Virus record (IMG/VR): IMGVR_UViG_3300049044_000138
DNA from: a virus
DNA length: 64,000 nt
Reading direction: 5' to 3' (one strand)
Shown: positions 53,799-64,000 of the stretch, piece by piece
Layout of the letters: every line of letters begins with the position of its first letter
How positions within the stretch are numbered: position 1 is the stretch's first letter
The notes under the pieces: model-generated
The model's input: only the letters and a program-made list of their open reading frames with translations
The model's database searches: none
Told to the model about the DNA's origin: nothing
Made by a program: the position numbers and the translations under genes

Positions 53799-54342
53799 TG
53801 CCTGTTGCTCTTCCGATTCGCTCCATCCTGTCCGCAAGCTCCCGCTGATCCTGCGCGATCACCGCGTCGACGATCGCCAGCTGCTCGCGGCTGAAGTCAC
53901 CCCTCTTCGCGAGCCGCGCCGACAACGACGTGCCCTGCTGCTGAAACCATGCGACCAGTTCGCCCAACGCTTCCTCGACGGAAGCCTTGTGGATCAGATC
54001 GCCCCGCTTCTCCGCCAGCTTCGTCGCCAGCAGCTCATTTTCCATGATGGTGCGATGCTCGGTCGGAGAAAGTCCGACCTGCGTCTGCGCCATCGCTTCG
54101 CCGCCCAGCAGCGACAAACCATATTGGCGGATCTCATCGGCCCGCGCCCGCTGCACCTGCTCTTCGCTGTCGCGCAGGCTTTTGATGAAGGCCCAGGCAT
54201 CGTCGAAATCGATCACATAGGACCGGCCATTCGTGCCGCGCTCGATGATCGGGAAGTCCGGATAGTCCCGGATCATTGCCCGAAGCGTGGGCTCCGAAGG
54301 CGTCCCCGGCAGGGACGCAAATTCGCCTAGCGTGCCTCTCAC
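53764..54342 (-). CDS. terS: Terminase small subunit (copy 2)
   Basis: Repeat of 14420..14998. Confidence 0.85.
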   Translation of the reverse strand: MRGTLGEFASLPGTPSEPTLRAMIRDYPDFPIIERGTNGRSYVIDFDDAWAFIKSLRDSEEQVQRARADEIRQYGLSLLGGEAMAQTQVGLSPTEHRTIMENELLATKLAEKRGDLIHKASVEEALGELVAWFQQQGTSLSARLAKRGDFSREQLAIVDAVIAQDQRELADRMERIGRATGNAVSTDRDPAV

Positions 54343-54403
54343 CGATCAAAACCCAAAGAAAAACAAGAGCCTACGGGAAAATACCGAACACTCGCATCTT
54401 CCT

Positions 54404-54445
54404 CGCCTTCGGCCCCCGTATAGGTCGGGATGGCGGGAAGGACCC
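54404..54445 (-). promoter_or_regulatory. Putative cos site (copy 2)
   Basis: Repeat of 15060..15101. Confidence 0.7.
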
Positions 54446-54668
54446 AAAGGGGGGTGCCCGCCCGCGACGACCCCGACCACCCCCGGCCCGAAACGGCACC
54501 GCCCCGCCGGGCACGGGACCAGGCGAGGCGGCGCAGGCTATTGGAGAGGACGCTCGCTTGGGGATGCCCATAGGACCGCCCTAAGCGTATGTCCTGAATA
54601 CCCATTTCGGCCCCGGAGGTGGACACAGAATATTTCGCGAGCATCACATTCTACCCCTTGCGCCGTCT

Positions 54669-55118
54669 CTATGCGCGCATTTCTGCGCCATTCAGCGCAT
54701 TGCAAATGCAGGTGATCGCGCGCGAGTAGCGCTTGCGCAGGCCGTGCGCCCCATGCCGGACGCCCATCGGCTTCAGTAGCTTCGTCCAGGGCACCGTCTT
54801 GCGACCAGCGGCAAGGTTGCGCACCGCCATGGCGATCAGCCGCCGATCGTCGTCGGACGGCACGAACAGCACCCATGCCAGCGCCTCTTCCATGCGCGCC
54901 AGCTGGTCGCGTGACAGCGGCACGCGCGGCACCGGCTTGTCCTCATGCGCGCCCCAATCCCACCAGTCCTTGACGATCAGGTGCCACGGCCCGTCGGATG
55001 CGAATGGCCAGCCACCACCGCGGGGCAGGCGCTGCTGGAACTCCATCGCCTCGACAAGGCGTGCCTGGACGCCATCGAATGTCCAGAAATCTGATCCTTC
55101 CAACTCCGGAACCATCAC
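54669..55118 (-). CDS. Late regulator-like protein (copy 2)
   Basis: Repeat of 15325..15774. Confidence 0.6.
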   Translation of the reverse strand: MMVPELEGSDFWTFDGVQARLVEAMEFQQRLPRGGGWPFASDGPWHLIVKDWWDWGAHEDKPVPRVPLSRDQLARMEEALAWVLFVPSDDDRRLIAMAVRNLAAGRKTVPWTKLLKPMGVRHGAHGLRKRYSRAITCICNALNGAEMRA

Positions 55119-55375
55119 TCGCCAATCCTTCCGACGCTCAAACTACTGAAAACCTTTGATCTTTTATCTATTCTGGAAGCTTTGGAAGCTTTGGAAGGAA
55201 CTATGTATATTTTCATCACACATGCGCCCGCGCACACGCGCATATGTGAGGGGAACATGTCGCCAATCCTTCCAATCCTTCCAAAGGCGCAGAAATCCGC
55301 GCTTTCTTCCTTCCGTCGAAGCTTCCGCCATCCTTCCAACCCGGAAGCTTTTGAACCTTCCGCGCCCCGCCGCGC

Positions 55376-58300
55376 TCAGAAGTCGGGCACGTAATCGTCC
55401 TGATATTGCGGTGGTGCATGTGCATCGTCGGGCGGCGCAGCGGGCGACTGCGCCCCATCGGGCAGCATCGGCACGTCCTCACGCACCTTCCCATTCTCGT
55501 CGACGAAGTCGCGGGCCTCGCGGACCAGCTTCATGCCGAGCCACTGCATCCCGTCGCTGGCCTTCTTCTGAAAGCCCTTGTCGAGCATGGCCTTGCTGAA
55601 GCCCCTCTGCGTCCATTCACGCTCACCGGCGGCCTTGCACCAGGCCACGAACACTTCGTAGAGCCGGGACGACTGGATACGCCCTTGCGGGTCGACGGCC
55701 GTGCAGAGTTTCAGGAAGCGGGCCAGCGGGTCGCTATCCTCTCGATACTGCGCCGTCGCCTCCCGCACCGCCTCAGGCTCCACCAGCCCATTGTCGAGCC
55801 AGTCCAGCAGGCCGCGCACCATATGATTGAGGACGCCAGCAGCTTCCGCGCGGAGTTTCGCGGGCAGCTGCTCGTCGCGATCCTGCTCCAGGACGTGCGC
55901 ATTCCATGGCACAAGCTTCATGCGGCGCCAGATGCCTTCGTCCGTTCCCGGAATGTCGGGCTTATAGTTGCCGCCGATCGTCAGCTTGAACAGCGGCTGA
56001 AGATCGAAGAATCCGCGGTGCAACGCGCGCACCGCCATCGGCTCGCCACCCGTCGCCGCCTTGATCAGCGCTTCGTTCAGCTTCGCGCCGCGCTCCGGCT
56101 CCGACGCGCGAAGCATGCGCACGCCGCCCAGGCGCGCGAGATCCGGCGACGCCTGCTCACCGCGCTTCTTGATGCCCTGGTCGAGGAAGGTCTCGATCCC
56201 GATCGTGCCGGAATAGTCGCCCAGGACATAGGCCCACAAGTCGATCGTGACGGACTTGCCGTTGCCGCCGAGGCCATACCAGAACTGCAGCTTCTGCTCC
56301 GATATGTCCCCGCTGGCGCTATAGCCCGCCCATTGATGCAGATAGCGCCGCATGCCCGGATCAGGCTGAGCCCATGCCAGGAAGCCGTCATAGACGACCG
56401 ACACGGCATCCGGATCATAGGTGACCGGCGCGAGCTTCGTATTCAGATCCTCGCGGCGATGCGGCTCCAGCGTGACGCTCGCCCCATTTTCCTTGTCCCG
56501 CTTGAAGCGCAGCGTGCCGTTCAGCACGTTGATCGCCAACGGATCTTGATCGAAGTCCTCGATCGGCGCCGTCACCCACCGTTTGGCGAGGCCGGCGATG
56601 CATCCGATCCGCCCCGATCCTTCCGACGCGCGACCCCATTTGACGATCAGCTCCGACAGAATGACGGGGCCGCTCTTCCAATCGACGATCCGGTTCATCG
56701 CGCCGACCCGTCGTCCGCTATCGCGATAATAATGCCACTGCGTCGCCAGCATGATCGTCGGCTTGTCATCCTCGGGCAGCGGCTCATCCGGCTCAGCGAA
56801 CCCGGTTGAGGCCACGAAATCGGCCTCGCGCTGGATCGAGCGCACGGTATCGAACACGGCCGCCTGCACTTCCGCCGGCAGCGTGTCCTTGTCCTGGTCG
56901 AGCACCTTCCAGCGGCGGCCGTCCCAGCCCAGCCAGCCCTTGGCCGTGGTGAAGCGGAAGCTGCTGCCATAGCGAGCGTTGAACCGCTCGGCATTGCCGA
57001 GATCCGTGCGCTGGAATCCGGCGCAGCGCATGTCCAGCAGCATCGGCGCGATGTCGAAGCCCTTGGCCACGCCAGCGGCGAAGCTGCGCTCGATATCGTC
57101 GGCCGAGACATCCTCGACGCCCTCGGACACTTCGTCGATCGCGTCGTCGGCCATGTCCTGGTCGATCAGGCCCGCGCCGACGCGCCGGCCCATGCCCCAG
57201 GCGAACAGCGTCACGCCATCCTTCGTGCGCTCCGCTGCCTCGATCATGCCGCTCAGCCGCTTTTCAGCGACCGCCTTTAGCCGATCCTGCACCTCCGCCG
57301 TCTGGTCGGAGAATTTCGCCTCCATGGTTCCAACCGGAAGCTTTTGATTCTCGACGACCCACCGGGGGGCAGGGGGGAACTCGGCATTGAAGAGCCCGCG
57401 CCAATAGGATTGATACTGCGCCCGCGTTTCCTCGTGCCGCACCGTGGCCGCGAGGTCGGCCAGCTGCTGCCAGATCGCCGCCCTTCCTTCCGGCGTGTCG
57501 CGATCGCCGGCGGCCAGCACCGCGGTCCAGACATAACTGGAGAGGGAAAGGCCGGTAGCGATCAGATCGTCGATCGCCTCACGTCCGCATTCGCGCACCA
57601 GGCTGTCGGGGTCGTAACCATCCGGAAGGGTCGCGATCTTCAGCGACCGACCCGGGCCAGCCATCGGAAGGGCGCGAACGCAGGCACGGGCGGCCGCCAT
57701 GCGGCCCGCTTCGTCGCCATCCATCAGCAGCACCGGGCATTCCGTCACGCGCCACGCGCGCTCCAGCTGCTCGGCCGTGATCGCGGTGCCCATGGGCGCG
57801 ACCGCCTCCTCGATCCCGGCCTGGTCGAGCGCGATCACGTCGAAATAGCCTTCGACGACGACCAGCCGCCGCGCCGATCGCGCCGCCGGCGCCGCGCGGT
57901 GCAGGTTGAACAGCACGCGTCCCTTGTCGAAATGCTCCGACTGGTCGCTGTTCAGATATTTGGGCTGGGCTTCACCGAAGGCACGGCCGCCGAAGCCGAT
58001 AGGGCGTCCGCGTGCGTCATGGATCGGAACCATGAGCCGATGCCGGAAGCGATCGCGGCGACCCTTTTCCGTGTCGACGACCAGGCCGGCCGCCATCAGC
58101 TGGTCGACCGCGATACCGATGGCGGAGATCCCGCCGCGCGCAGGCGCGAAGCCCAGGCCGAAGCGCTCGATCGCCGCGTCGTTCACGCCGCGCGCGGCCA
58201 GCGCCTCCATCGCGACGCCAGCCTGCTCCAGCTGCTGCGCATACCAATCGGCCGCTTCGCCCAGCACTTGGCCGACATGCTCGACCCGCCGCGCCCGCTC

Positions 58301-58609
58301 AGCCTCTTCCGCCGTTCGTGCCGGCATATCCATGCCCGCGGCCGTCGCGAGCTGCTTCACCGCATCGATGAAGTCCATGCCCTCATGATCGGTGAGCCAG
58401 CGCAGCGCGTCGCCATGGGCGCCGCAACCGAAGCAATGGTAAAATTCCTTGTCGTCATTGACGGTGAAGCTGGCCGTCTTTTCGCTATGGAACGGGCAGC
58501 AGCCCTTATGTTCCTTGCCCTTTTTCTCCAGCTTCACCTTCTGCCCGATCAGGGCGGAGAGCGGCGTGCGGGCGCGGATTTCATCCAGGAACGCAGTCGA
58601 AAGAGACAC
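55376..58609 (-). CDS. DnaG-SF3 primase-helicase (copy 2)
   Basis: Repeat of 16032..19265. Confidence 0.93.
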   Translation of the reverse strand: MSLSTAFLDEIRARTPLSALIGQKVKLEKKGKEHKGCCPFHSEKTASFTVNDDKEFYHCFGCGAHGDALRWLTDHEGMDFIDAVKQLATAAGMDMPARTAEEAERARRVEHVGQVLGEAADWYAQQLEQAGVAMEALAARGVNDAAIERFGLGFAPARGGISAIGIAVDQLMAAGLVVDTEKGRRDRFRHRLMVPIHDARGRPIGFGGRAFGEAQPKYLNSDQSEHFDKGRVLFNLHRAAPAARSARRLVVVEGYFDVIALDQAGIEEAVAPMGTAITAEQLERAWRVTECPVLLMDGDEAGRMAAARACVRALPMAGPGRSLKIATLPDGYDPDSLVRECGREAIDDLIATGLSLSSYVWTAVLAAGDRDTPEGRAAIWQQLADLAATVRHEETRAQYQSYWRGLFNAEFPPAPRWVVENQKLPVGTMEAKFSDQTAEVQDRLKAVAEKRLSGMIEAAERTKDGVTLFAWGMGRRVGAGLIDQDMADDAIDEVSEGVEDVSADDIERSFAAGVAKGFDIAPMLLDMRCAGFQRTDLGNAERFNARYGSSFRFTTAKGWLGWDGRRWKVLDQDKDTLPAEVQAAVFDTVRSIQREADFVASTGFAEPDEPLPEDDKPTIMLATQWHYYRDSGRRVGAMNRIVDWKSGPVILSELIVKWGRASEGSGRIGCIAGLAKRWVTAPIEDFDQDPLAINVLNGTLRFKRDKENGASVTLEPHRREDLNTKLAPVTYDPDAVSVVYDGFLAWAQPDPGMRRYLHQWAGYSASGDISEQKLQFWYGLGGNGKSVTIDLWAYVLGDYSGTIGIETFLDQGIKKRGEQASPDLARLGGVRMLRASEPERGAKLNEALIKAATGGEPMAVRALHRGFFDLQPLFKLTIGGNYKPDIPGTDEGIWRRMKLVPWNAHVLEQDRDEQLPAKLRAEAAGVLNHMVRGLLDWLDNGLVEPEAVREATAQYREDSDPLARFLKLCTAVDPQGRIQSSRLYEVFVAWCKAAGEREWTQRGFSKAMLDKGFQKKASDGMQWLGMKLVREARDFVDENGKVREDVPMLPDGAQSPAAPPDDAHAPPQYQDDYVPDF

Positions 58610-58734
58610 AGAGACCCACCCCGAAAATCAGGCTTTGCAGATACAGATTGGTCCGGGCGGCTTTCGCCTTTGGGTCGGTAGATCGGGCACCATGCCCGAT
58701 CCTCCATGCGCCCCGGTGCGCGGAAGGCGGATGC

Positions 58735-59397
58735 TCAGCCCGGATCGGGATCGACCGGCGCGAGCAGATCCGGAGCCCGGAACGGCGTCAGGACATCATA
58801 GACACAAAGATTCTCGATCGCGGCCGCGTCCCAGACGCACCAGATCACTTCCATGGTCGGCGCACCCTTGCCGAGAAAATCCGGCCGCCAGTTCAGCGCG
58901 TAGATCCGCGACGGCGTGCGCTGCCGCCAAAGGCCCGTGCGGACCTGCGCATGCCAGAAGGTCGACTTCAGCAGCATGGCGACATAGGTGCAGCCCAGGT
59001 CGCCATGCAGATGCCGGATCATTTCCTCCGCCAGCGTGAAGGGCGGGTTCGTCACCACCACCGGCGAAAGCGCCTGCCGGCAAAGCAGGAGATCCTGCTG
59101 CGTCACCCGATGCTCCGGATCGGCGACTAGGTCGGTCGCGATCGTCACGAAGCCAGCCGCTTCCAGCTCGCCCGAGATCGCACCGCCACGGCCGCACGGC
59201 TCCCATACCGGATTGACCAGATCGCAGGCGTCGAGCAGATGCTCCCGCTCTGCCGCGATGAACGCGCGAGTGACCGTTGCCGGCGTCGGATAATAATCAT
59301 TGCCCTGCCGCTCGACCTTCGCCCCGCCGGTCATCATGCGGCCGAGGCCCTTCGGAGCCGGCCCGGCGATCGCCGGTTCGGGGAACATGTCAGTCAC
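58735..59397 (-). CDS. DNA methyltransferase (copy 2)
   Basis: Repeat of 19391..20053. Confidence 0.85.
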   Translation of the reverse strand: MTDMFPEPAIAGPAPKGLGRMMTGGAKVERQGNDYYPTPATVTRAFIAAEREHLLDACDLVNPVWEPCGRGGAISGELEAAGFVTIATDLVADPEHRVTQQDLLLCRQALSPVVVTNPPFTLAEEMIRHLHGDLGCTYVAMLLKSTFWHAQVRTGLWRQRTPSRIYALNWRPDFLGKGAPTMEVIWCVWDAAAIENLCVYDVLTPFRAPDLLAPVDPDPG

Positions 59398-59678
59398 AGG
59401 AGCGGCCTCACAACTGCACGTGGATCGAGCGGCTGATCGCCTTCGTCCTCGGCCTCAAATTCCAGACAAGAAGGCGCGCCGTCATCATCCTGCACCCAAG
59501 CTTGGGGATAGGAGGGATCATCGATCTCAAATGCCATTGTGAGCGTGATGATCTCGCACCCCGCAAATGCGTCACCTTCACGTCTCGCTTGATCCCTCAT
59601 GCAACGCGCGCACCAGGCCGACATGAAGATCTCGCCTTCGGTTCCGTTCGACGGGCGATAGGGGTGAAGGTCAGCCAT
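59394..59678 (-). CDS. Cys-rich hypothetical protein (copy 2)
   Basis: Repeat of 20050..20334. Confidence 0.75.
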   Translation of the reverse strand: MADLHPYRPSNGTEGEIFMSAWCARCMRDQARREGDAFAGCEIITLTMAFEIDDPSYPQAWVQDDDGAPSCLEFEAEDEGDQPLDPRAVVRPLL

Positions 59679-59681
59679 GGA

Positions 59682-60812
59682 TCAGACCCGCAGCGGCATC
59701 AGGACGTAAAGCCCAGCCGCTTCCTCGCTATTTTGCCAAAGGGAGGGAGCTGTCGGGTCCGCCAGCAGCACCCGGGCGCGCGTCCCTTCGGCTCCGGTGC
59801 CCTTCAGCTGCGCCAGAATGTCGAGCAGGAAGCGGCCGTTGAAGCCGATGCGCAGCGCATCCCCGTTGAACTCGCACGGCACGTCCTCGCTGGCCGTCCC
59901 CGTTTCTGGGCTGACAACCTCCAGCGTGATCGCCTTCGCCTCGAAATTCACCGCGATCGTCTTCGTCTTGTCGCTGCTGATCGTCAGCACGCGCTCAACC
60001 GCTTCCGCCAGCGGACCGGGCTCGAACCAGCAATCGAGCCTGTTGCTCACCGGAATGACGCGCGAATATTCCGGGAAGGCCCCGTCGATCGTCTTGCCGG
60101 TGAGAACGGTCTTGCCGATCTCGAAGCGGAAGCGCTGAGTGCTGACAGACACGCCCACCGTGCCGCCTTCCTCATCCAGAAGCTGGCTCAGCGTGGCGAT
60201 GGCCTTGCGCGGGATGATGATGCCGGGCATTCCTTCCGCGCCGTCCAGCACCTCCCAATGATAGCGGGCGAGACGGTTGCCATCGGTCGCGGCCGCGAAT
60301 TGGCAGCTGCTGCCGTCGGGCACATGGACATAGATCCCGTTCAGATAATAACGGGTCTCTTCGTTTGCGATCGCGAACTTCACGCTTTCGATCAGCTTGA
60401 TCAGCTGCGTCGCGTCCTGCTCCCATTCGGCATCCCAATCGCCCATCGCGATGGTCGGGAAATCGTCGGTCGGCAGGGTGTTGAGCTTGAAGCGAGCCCG
60501 GCCGCACTTGATCGTGATGCCGGTATTGCCGTCCGGCGCGATCGACGCGATGCCTTCGGTCGGCAGCTTGGCCGCGATCGAAGCGAGCGTCGAGGCATCG
60601 ACGCAGAAGTTCATCGCCTTGTTTGCCCCGGCATCCTCCAGGTCGACGATCTTCTCGACCATGATATCGAGGTCGGTGCTGGTCAGGAACATCTGCCCGG
60701 GCGTCGACGTGATCAGCACATGCGACAGGATCGGGATGGTGTTGCGGGTTTCGACGACCGCTTTGATCGCCTTCAGCGCGCCGCGCAGCGCCTTCACCTT
60801 CACCTGCATCAT
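59682..60812 (-). CDS. dnaN: Beta sliding clamp homologue (copy 2)
   Basis: Repeat of 20338..21468. Confidence 0.95.
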   Translation of the reverse strand: MMQVKVKALRGALKAIKAVVETRNTIPILSHVLITSTPGQMFLTSTDLDIMVEKIVDLEDAGANKAMNFCVDASTLASIAAKLPTEGIASIAPDGNTGITIKCGRARFKLNTLPTDDFPTIAMGDWDAEWEQDATQLIKLIESVKFAIANEETRYYLNGIYVHVPDGSSCQFAAATDGNRLARYHWEVLDGAEGMPGIIIPRKAIATLSQLLDEEGGTVGVSVSTQRFRFEIGKTVLTGKTIDGAFPEYSRVIPVSNRLDCWFEPGPLAEAVERVLTISSDKTKTIAVNFEAKAITLEVVSPETGTASEDVPCEFNGDALRIGFNGRFLLDILAQLKGTGAEGTRARVLLADPTAPSLWQNSEEAAGLYVLMPLRV

Positions 60813-61261
60813 GCCGCGATATCCTTGTCGAGGGCGCCGTCGAGCAGCGCGATCATGGCCATCACCGGCCGTTGCCCGGTCGCTCGGGCGTGCTGACAGA
60901 CCCGCTCCCATGTCGGAGCCCAGCGATCGCGGATGATGCCGGTCGCAAGCGATGGCGCACCCTCCAGCGCCTTTTCCTGCAACTGCGTGCCCAGCGACAC
61001 GTCCTGGAACAGGTTCGTCGGCACCGGATCGGCTTCCACGGGCTCGACGACTGGAGCCGGCGCAGGCGACGGGCGCATCGAAGGCACCAGGGCGAGATCG
61101 AACTGGTGGATCTTCCCTTCCTGCCGCAGCTGCTGGACGGCGGCCGCGAACGCACCGACCTTCAGGCCGGTCAGGCGACGCAGATCCGGCATCGTCCAGC
61201 CGCCCACGGGCGTTTTGCACCGCTGCAGCTCCAAAATAATCCTATCGGCAGCTTCGCTCAC
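60809..61261 (-). CDS. Winged-HTH hypothetical protein (copy 2)
   Basis: Repeat of 21465..21917. Confidence 0.7.
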   Translation of the reverse strand: MSEAADRIILELQRCKTPVGGWTMPDLRRLTGLKVGAFAAAVQQLRQEGKIHQFDLALVPSMRPSPAPAPVVEPVEADPVPTNLFQDVSLGTQLQEKALEGAPSLATGIIRDRWAPTWERVCQHARATGQRPVMAMIALLDGALDKDIAA

Positions 61262-62065
61262 TCAGGCCTCCAGCGCTTCAGCGACAGCGCGGCCGATCGC
61301 CACGACGGCGGCCTCGCGCATGTTGTTGTTGGGTTGTTCCGCCTTCACGCGGTTGATCTCATCGCGCCATTCAGCCTGGTCGGCACCGCCCAGGACGATC
61401 GCGATCAGATCCTGCTGTCCCACGCCATGCGCGGCGATCGCCGCTTCGACGCCGGGGAAGATCGTGCCGAAATAGCGCAGCACCTGCCCTGAGAAGGCGA
61501 CGGAAGCCGTCAGGCATGCCGAGCGCAGCACCTGCTCACCGCTCTGGCGCAGGCACTTCTCCAGACCGCCGATGTTGCAGATTTGGCCGGGCTTCCACGC
61601 ATCGGGGTTGGTCGTCGCAGCGACAGACAAGCCAGCATTGTTGAGGGCGTCGAGGATCTTGCCCGCGTCGCCATCGCCAGCCGCGAGCGCGGCCTTGAAC
61701 AGGTCGAGCTTGCTTAGCGGCCGCCGCTGCTGGTTCAGCGCGACGAAGGCCGCAGCCTCATCATCGGCGCAGCGCGACGCGATGACGACGCAGGGCAGAT
61801 CGTAAATGTCGCCGCGATCGCGAGCCGCCGCGAGGCGGTGCTGGCCGTCGATCACCCAAAGCGACCCATCTTCGCGCTTCGCGACATTCAGGGGCTGGCA
61901 CAGGCCCCAATCCCATTCCCGCGCGATCCGCTTGACCAGCGACTGGCTAGGCCCGGTGTCGATCGAGCGCTGATAGCTGTCGTCGATCCGCAGATCCGCG
62001 ATCGGGCGAAACTCCAGGCTCGGCCGCTGGCCACGCTGGGCACGAAGTTTGGCCGCGCCGCTCAT
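61262..62065 (-). CDS. ParB N-terminal-domain protein (copy 2)
   Basis: Repeat of 21918..22721. Confidence 0.8.
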   Translation of the reverse strand: MSGAAKLRAQRGQRPSLEFRPIADLRIDDSYQRSIDTGPSQSLVKRIAREWDWGLCQPLNVAKREDGSLWVIDGQHRLAAARDRGDIYDLPCVVIASRCADDEAAAFVALNQQRRPLSKLDLFKAALAAGDGDAGKILDALNNAGLSVAATTNPDAWKPGQICNIGGLEKCLRQSGEQVLRSACLTASVAFSGQVLRYFGTIFPGVEAAIAAHGVGQQDLIAIVLGGADQAEWRDEINRVKAEQPNNNMREAAVVAIGRAVAEALEA

Positions 62066-63813
62066 GCCGCTTCATCCATCTCAGCGGCCATGGCTCCAGC
62101 CCATGCTTCGATCGAGGGCCAGACCTGCATCGCGCCGTTCGCGCTTTCGACCAGTTCGGCCAGATCATCGTAGAAAAAGCTGGCATTCTCATCGCCGGCA
62201 TCTTCCTGCTCATCGACATAGGCACCGCTTTCCCAGCGGAAATGCGTAACGCCATCAACATGCACGACTGCTGGCTGGGGGTCCATTGCCAGGACTTCGT
62301 TATGCTGCGCTGCCAGCGCGGCAGCTTCCTCTTCCTTGGCTTTCTGCTCAGCTTCACGCTGCGCGGCCGCTTCCGCTTCCTGACGGTCGAATTCGGCTTC
62401 AGCCGCTTCCAGCTGGGCATCGATCTCAGCGGGCGTCACCATGACGCCGATCGTGACCGAATAACATTCACCGATGCCGTCGATTTCTTCCGTCCGGTGC
62501 AGCGAGGGGCGCATGCTCTGCCAGAAATGGCGGCCCTCTACCTTCTGCTCGCGGATATCCCTTGCGGCCAGGAACGCCGCCACAGACCGGATGGAGGCCG
62601 CGCGACGCTCCGCCGCGCGCTCAGCTTCCGATTTCGTCGGCGCATCCTGCCGGGCAGGCACAATGTCGGCCATCCGCGCACCCGGGACGAAAAAACCTTC
62701 GTCCAGGACCAAATTGCCGGCGTGGTTCACCCCCGCATAGCCGATGATATCGATCCCGCTGTCGCTGGCTTTCTCGCGCAGCTTTGCCATGCTCGGCAGA
62801 TCGGTGCGCCAATAGGGCCGCTCGACCTTCTCATAGCCCTTCGGAGGTTTTGGGACCTTGCCTAAGCGCAGCCCCGGCACGAGGATCACGGCGCTGGTGG
62901 TCGGATGATTGCGCTTTGCGTCGGCTTCGACGCCCACGATCTGGAAATTCGCCCGATCAGTGGCGATGCCGACGATGATGTCGGGATCAATCAGCTTCCG
63001 GCCTGAATAATTCTCGGCATCACCGAAGAGATCATCTTCATAGCGGCCGCCCTTTTTCTCATAATCCGCCTTGCCAACGAATTTGAACAGCGCGTCGCCG
63101 GTCGTCATCACCGAGTTCGTGATACCTGATCGGATGCTCTGGACGCCATGGCCCCAGGCTCCCTTCTTCTGTTCCGCCGCGAAGATCTTCAGCTGCAGCT
63201 TTTGGTCCTGCGTTGCCGCATAGGCTATGGCCGCATCGATCGTCAGCTGACCCGCGCGCATCGCTTCGAGAACTTCCGGCGCGAGCGCAGCCAGCCGCAG
63301 GCGCTGCTTCACATAGCGCTCGCTGAAGCCGAACTGCTTTGCCAGATCGGCGGGCGACAGCGTGCCCCGTCGCATCAGCTGGGCGAACGCTAGAAACTCA
63401 TCCGCCGGGTTCATGTCGCGCTTGGCGAGGTTTTCCGACAGGGATAGGTCGATGGCCTCAGCCGCCTCGCGGATCAGCACAGGCACGTCAAAGCTGTCAT
63501 CCATAACGCCGCGATCGCGCAGGACATGAAGCGCCTGAAGCCGACGGCCGCCACCGACAACGTAGACCGCATCCTTGTCGATGTCGGTATCGCCTTTGTA
63601 GCCGATCAGATTCTGCAGAAGGCCATGCGCGGCGATATCGTCGGCCAGGCTTTCGACATCGGCCGCCTTGTCCGTATGGCGCACATTTTCAGGCGCGCGG
63701 ACAAGACGACCGAGCGGCACCGGCTGAATTGCCATAGGTGCGACCCGAGGGCTGGCCGGTGCGGTAATCTCTTCTGACGCCACAGTCGGCGTCGCTTTCT
63801 TAGGTCTTGCCAT
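62062..63813 (-). CDS. ParB-family protein (copy 2)
   Basis: Repeat of 22718..24469. Confidence 0.9.
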   Translation of the reverse strand: MARPKKATPTVASEEITAPASPRVAPMAIQPVPLGRLVRAPENVRHTDKAADVESLADDIAAHGLLQNLIGYKGDTDIDKDAVYVVGGGRRLQALHVLRDRGVMDDSFDVPVLIREAAEAIDLSLSENLAKRDMNPADEFLAFAQLMRRGTLSPADLAKQFGFSERYVKQRLRLAALAPEVLEAMRAGQLTIDAAIAYAATQDQKLQLKIFAAEQKKGAWGHGVQSIRSGITNSVMTTGDALFKFVGKADYEKKGGRYEDDLFGDAENYSGRKLIDPDIIVGIATDRANFQIVGVEADAKRNHPTTSAVILVPGLRLGKVPKPPKGYEKVERPYWRTDLPSMAKLREKASDSGIDIIGYAGVNHAGNLVLDEGFFVPGARMADIVPARQDAPTKSEAERAAERRAASIRSVAAFLAARDIREQKVEGRHFWQSMRPSLHRTEEIDGIGECYSVTIGVMVTPAEIDAQLEAAEAEFDRQEAEAAAQREAEQKAKEEEAAALAAQHNEVLAMDPQPAVVHVDGVTHFRWESGAYVDEQEDAGDENASFFYDDLAELVESANGAMQVWPSIEAWAGAMAAEMDEAA

Positions 63814-64000
63814 GGGAACGTCCTTCTCTCTGTGGTGCCGTGATCGGCTTGTTTTTGCGGATGAAAGAGCGGGGGCGGCCTATTGTAGGTCGGTCGCCCC
63901 CGCAGTTGCGCCGCCACCAGAAAGGGGTCGAGGAGCGGCGGCGATCTGCTGTTGGGTTTCGCGGTCGATTTCGTCGGCCCAATTCTCGGCCAGGTCGAAA

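Larger units (their letters stand above)
39345..64000 (+). repeat. Direct repeat copy 2 (second phage genome unit, truncated by window end)
   Basis: Constant +39344 offset from the first ORF (155/39499) to the last (24456/63800). Confidence 0.98.

Noticed and set aside
39345-64000. Divergence or recombination between the two copies
   Set aside because: ORF coordinates and translations match throughout. Silent differences cannot be excluded without an alignment.

Overview
The window is a GC-rich temperate siphovirus genome with lambda-type head and packaging genes. The host is probably an alphaproteobacterium, likely a sphingomonad (inferred from gene content). The 39,344-bp unit is repeated head-to-tail: bases 1-24,656 recur at 39,345-64,000, with a constant ORF offset and the same translations. 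No host genes are visible, so this is a circular or concatemeric phage, a tandem prophage, or an over-assembled circle. One unit contains packaging (terS, GpA-type terL, lambda-like cosQ/cosN), head (gpW-like, portal, fused protease-capsid), tail, lysis (TIGR02594-like endolysin, holin, spanins), a cI/cro/cII switch, a large serine integrase, and a replication module (DnaG-SF3 helicase fusion, beta-clamp, two ParB-like proteins, orphan MTase, iteron-like origin). Two observations stand out. (1) A 52-bp attP-like imperfect palindrome lies inside the integrase 3' end and carries a tRNA 3' end on the opposite strand, so integration would restore the tRNA and swap the integrase C-terminus. (2) An alphaproteobacterial LexA box sits upstream of a small gene that runs convergently into cI, next to TGCGAT-N-ATCGCA operators, suggesting a two-input SOS switch. 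Product calls come from recognised motifs and synteny; no database search was run.
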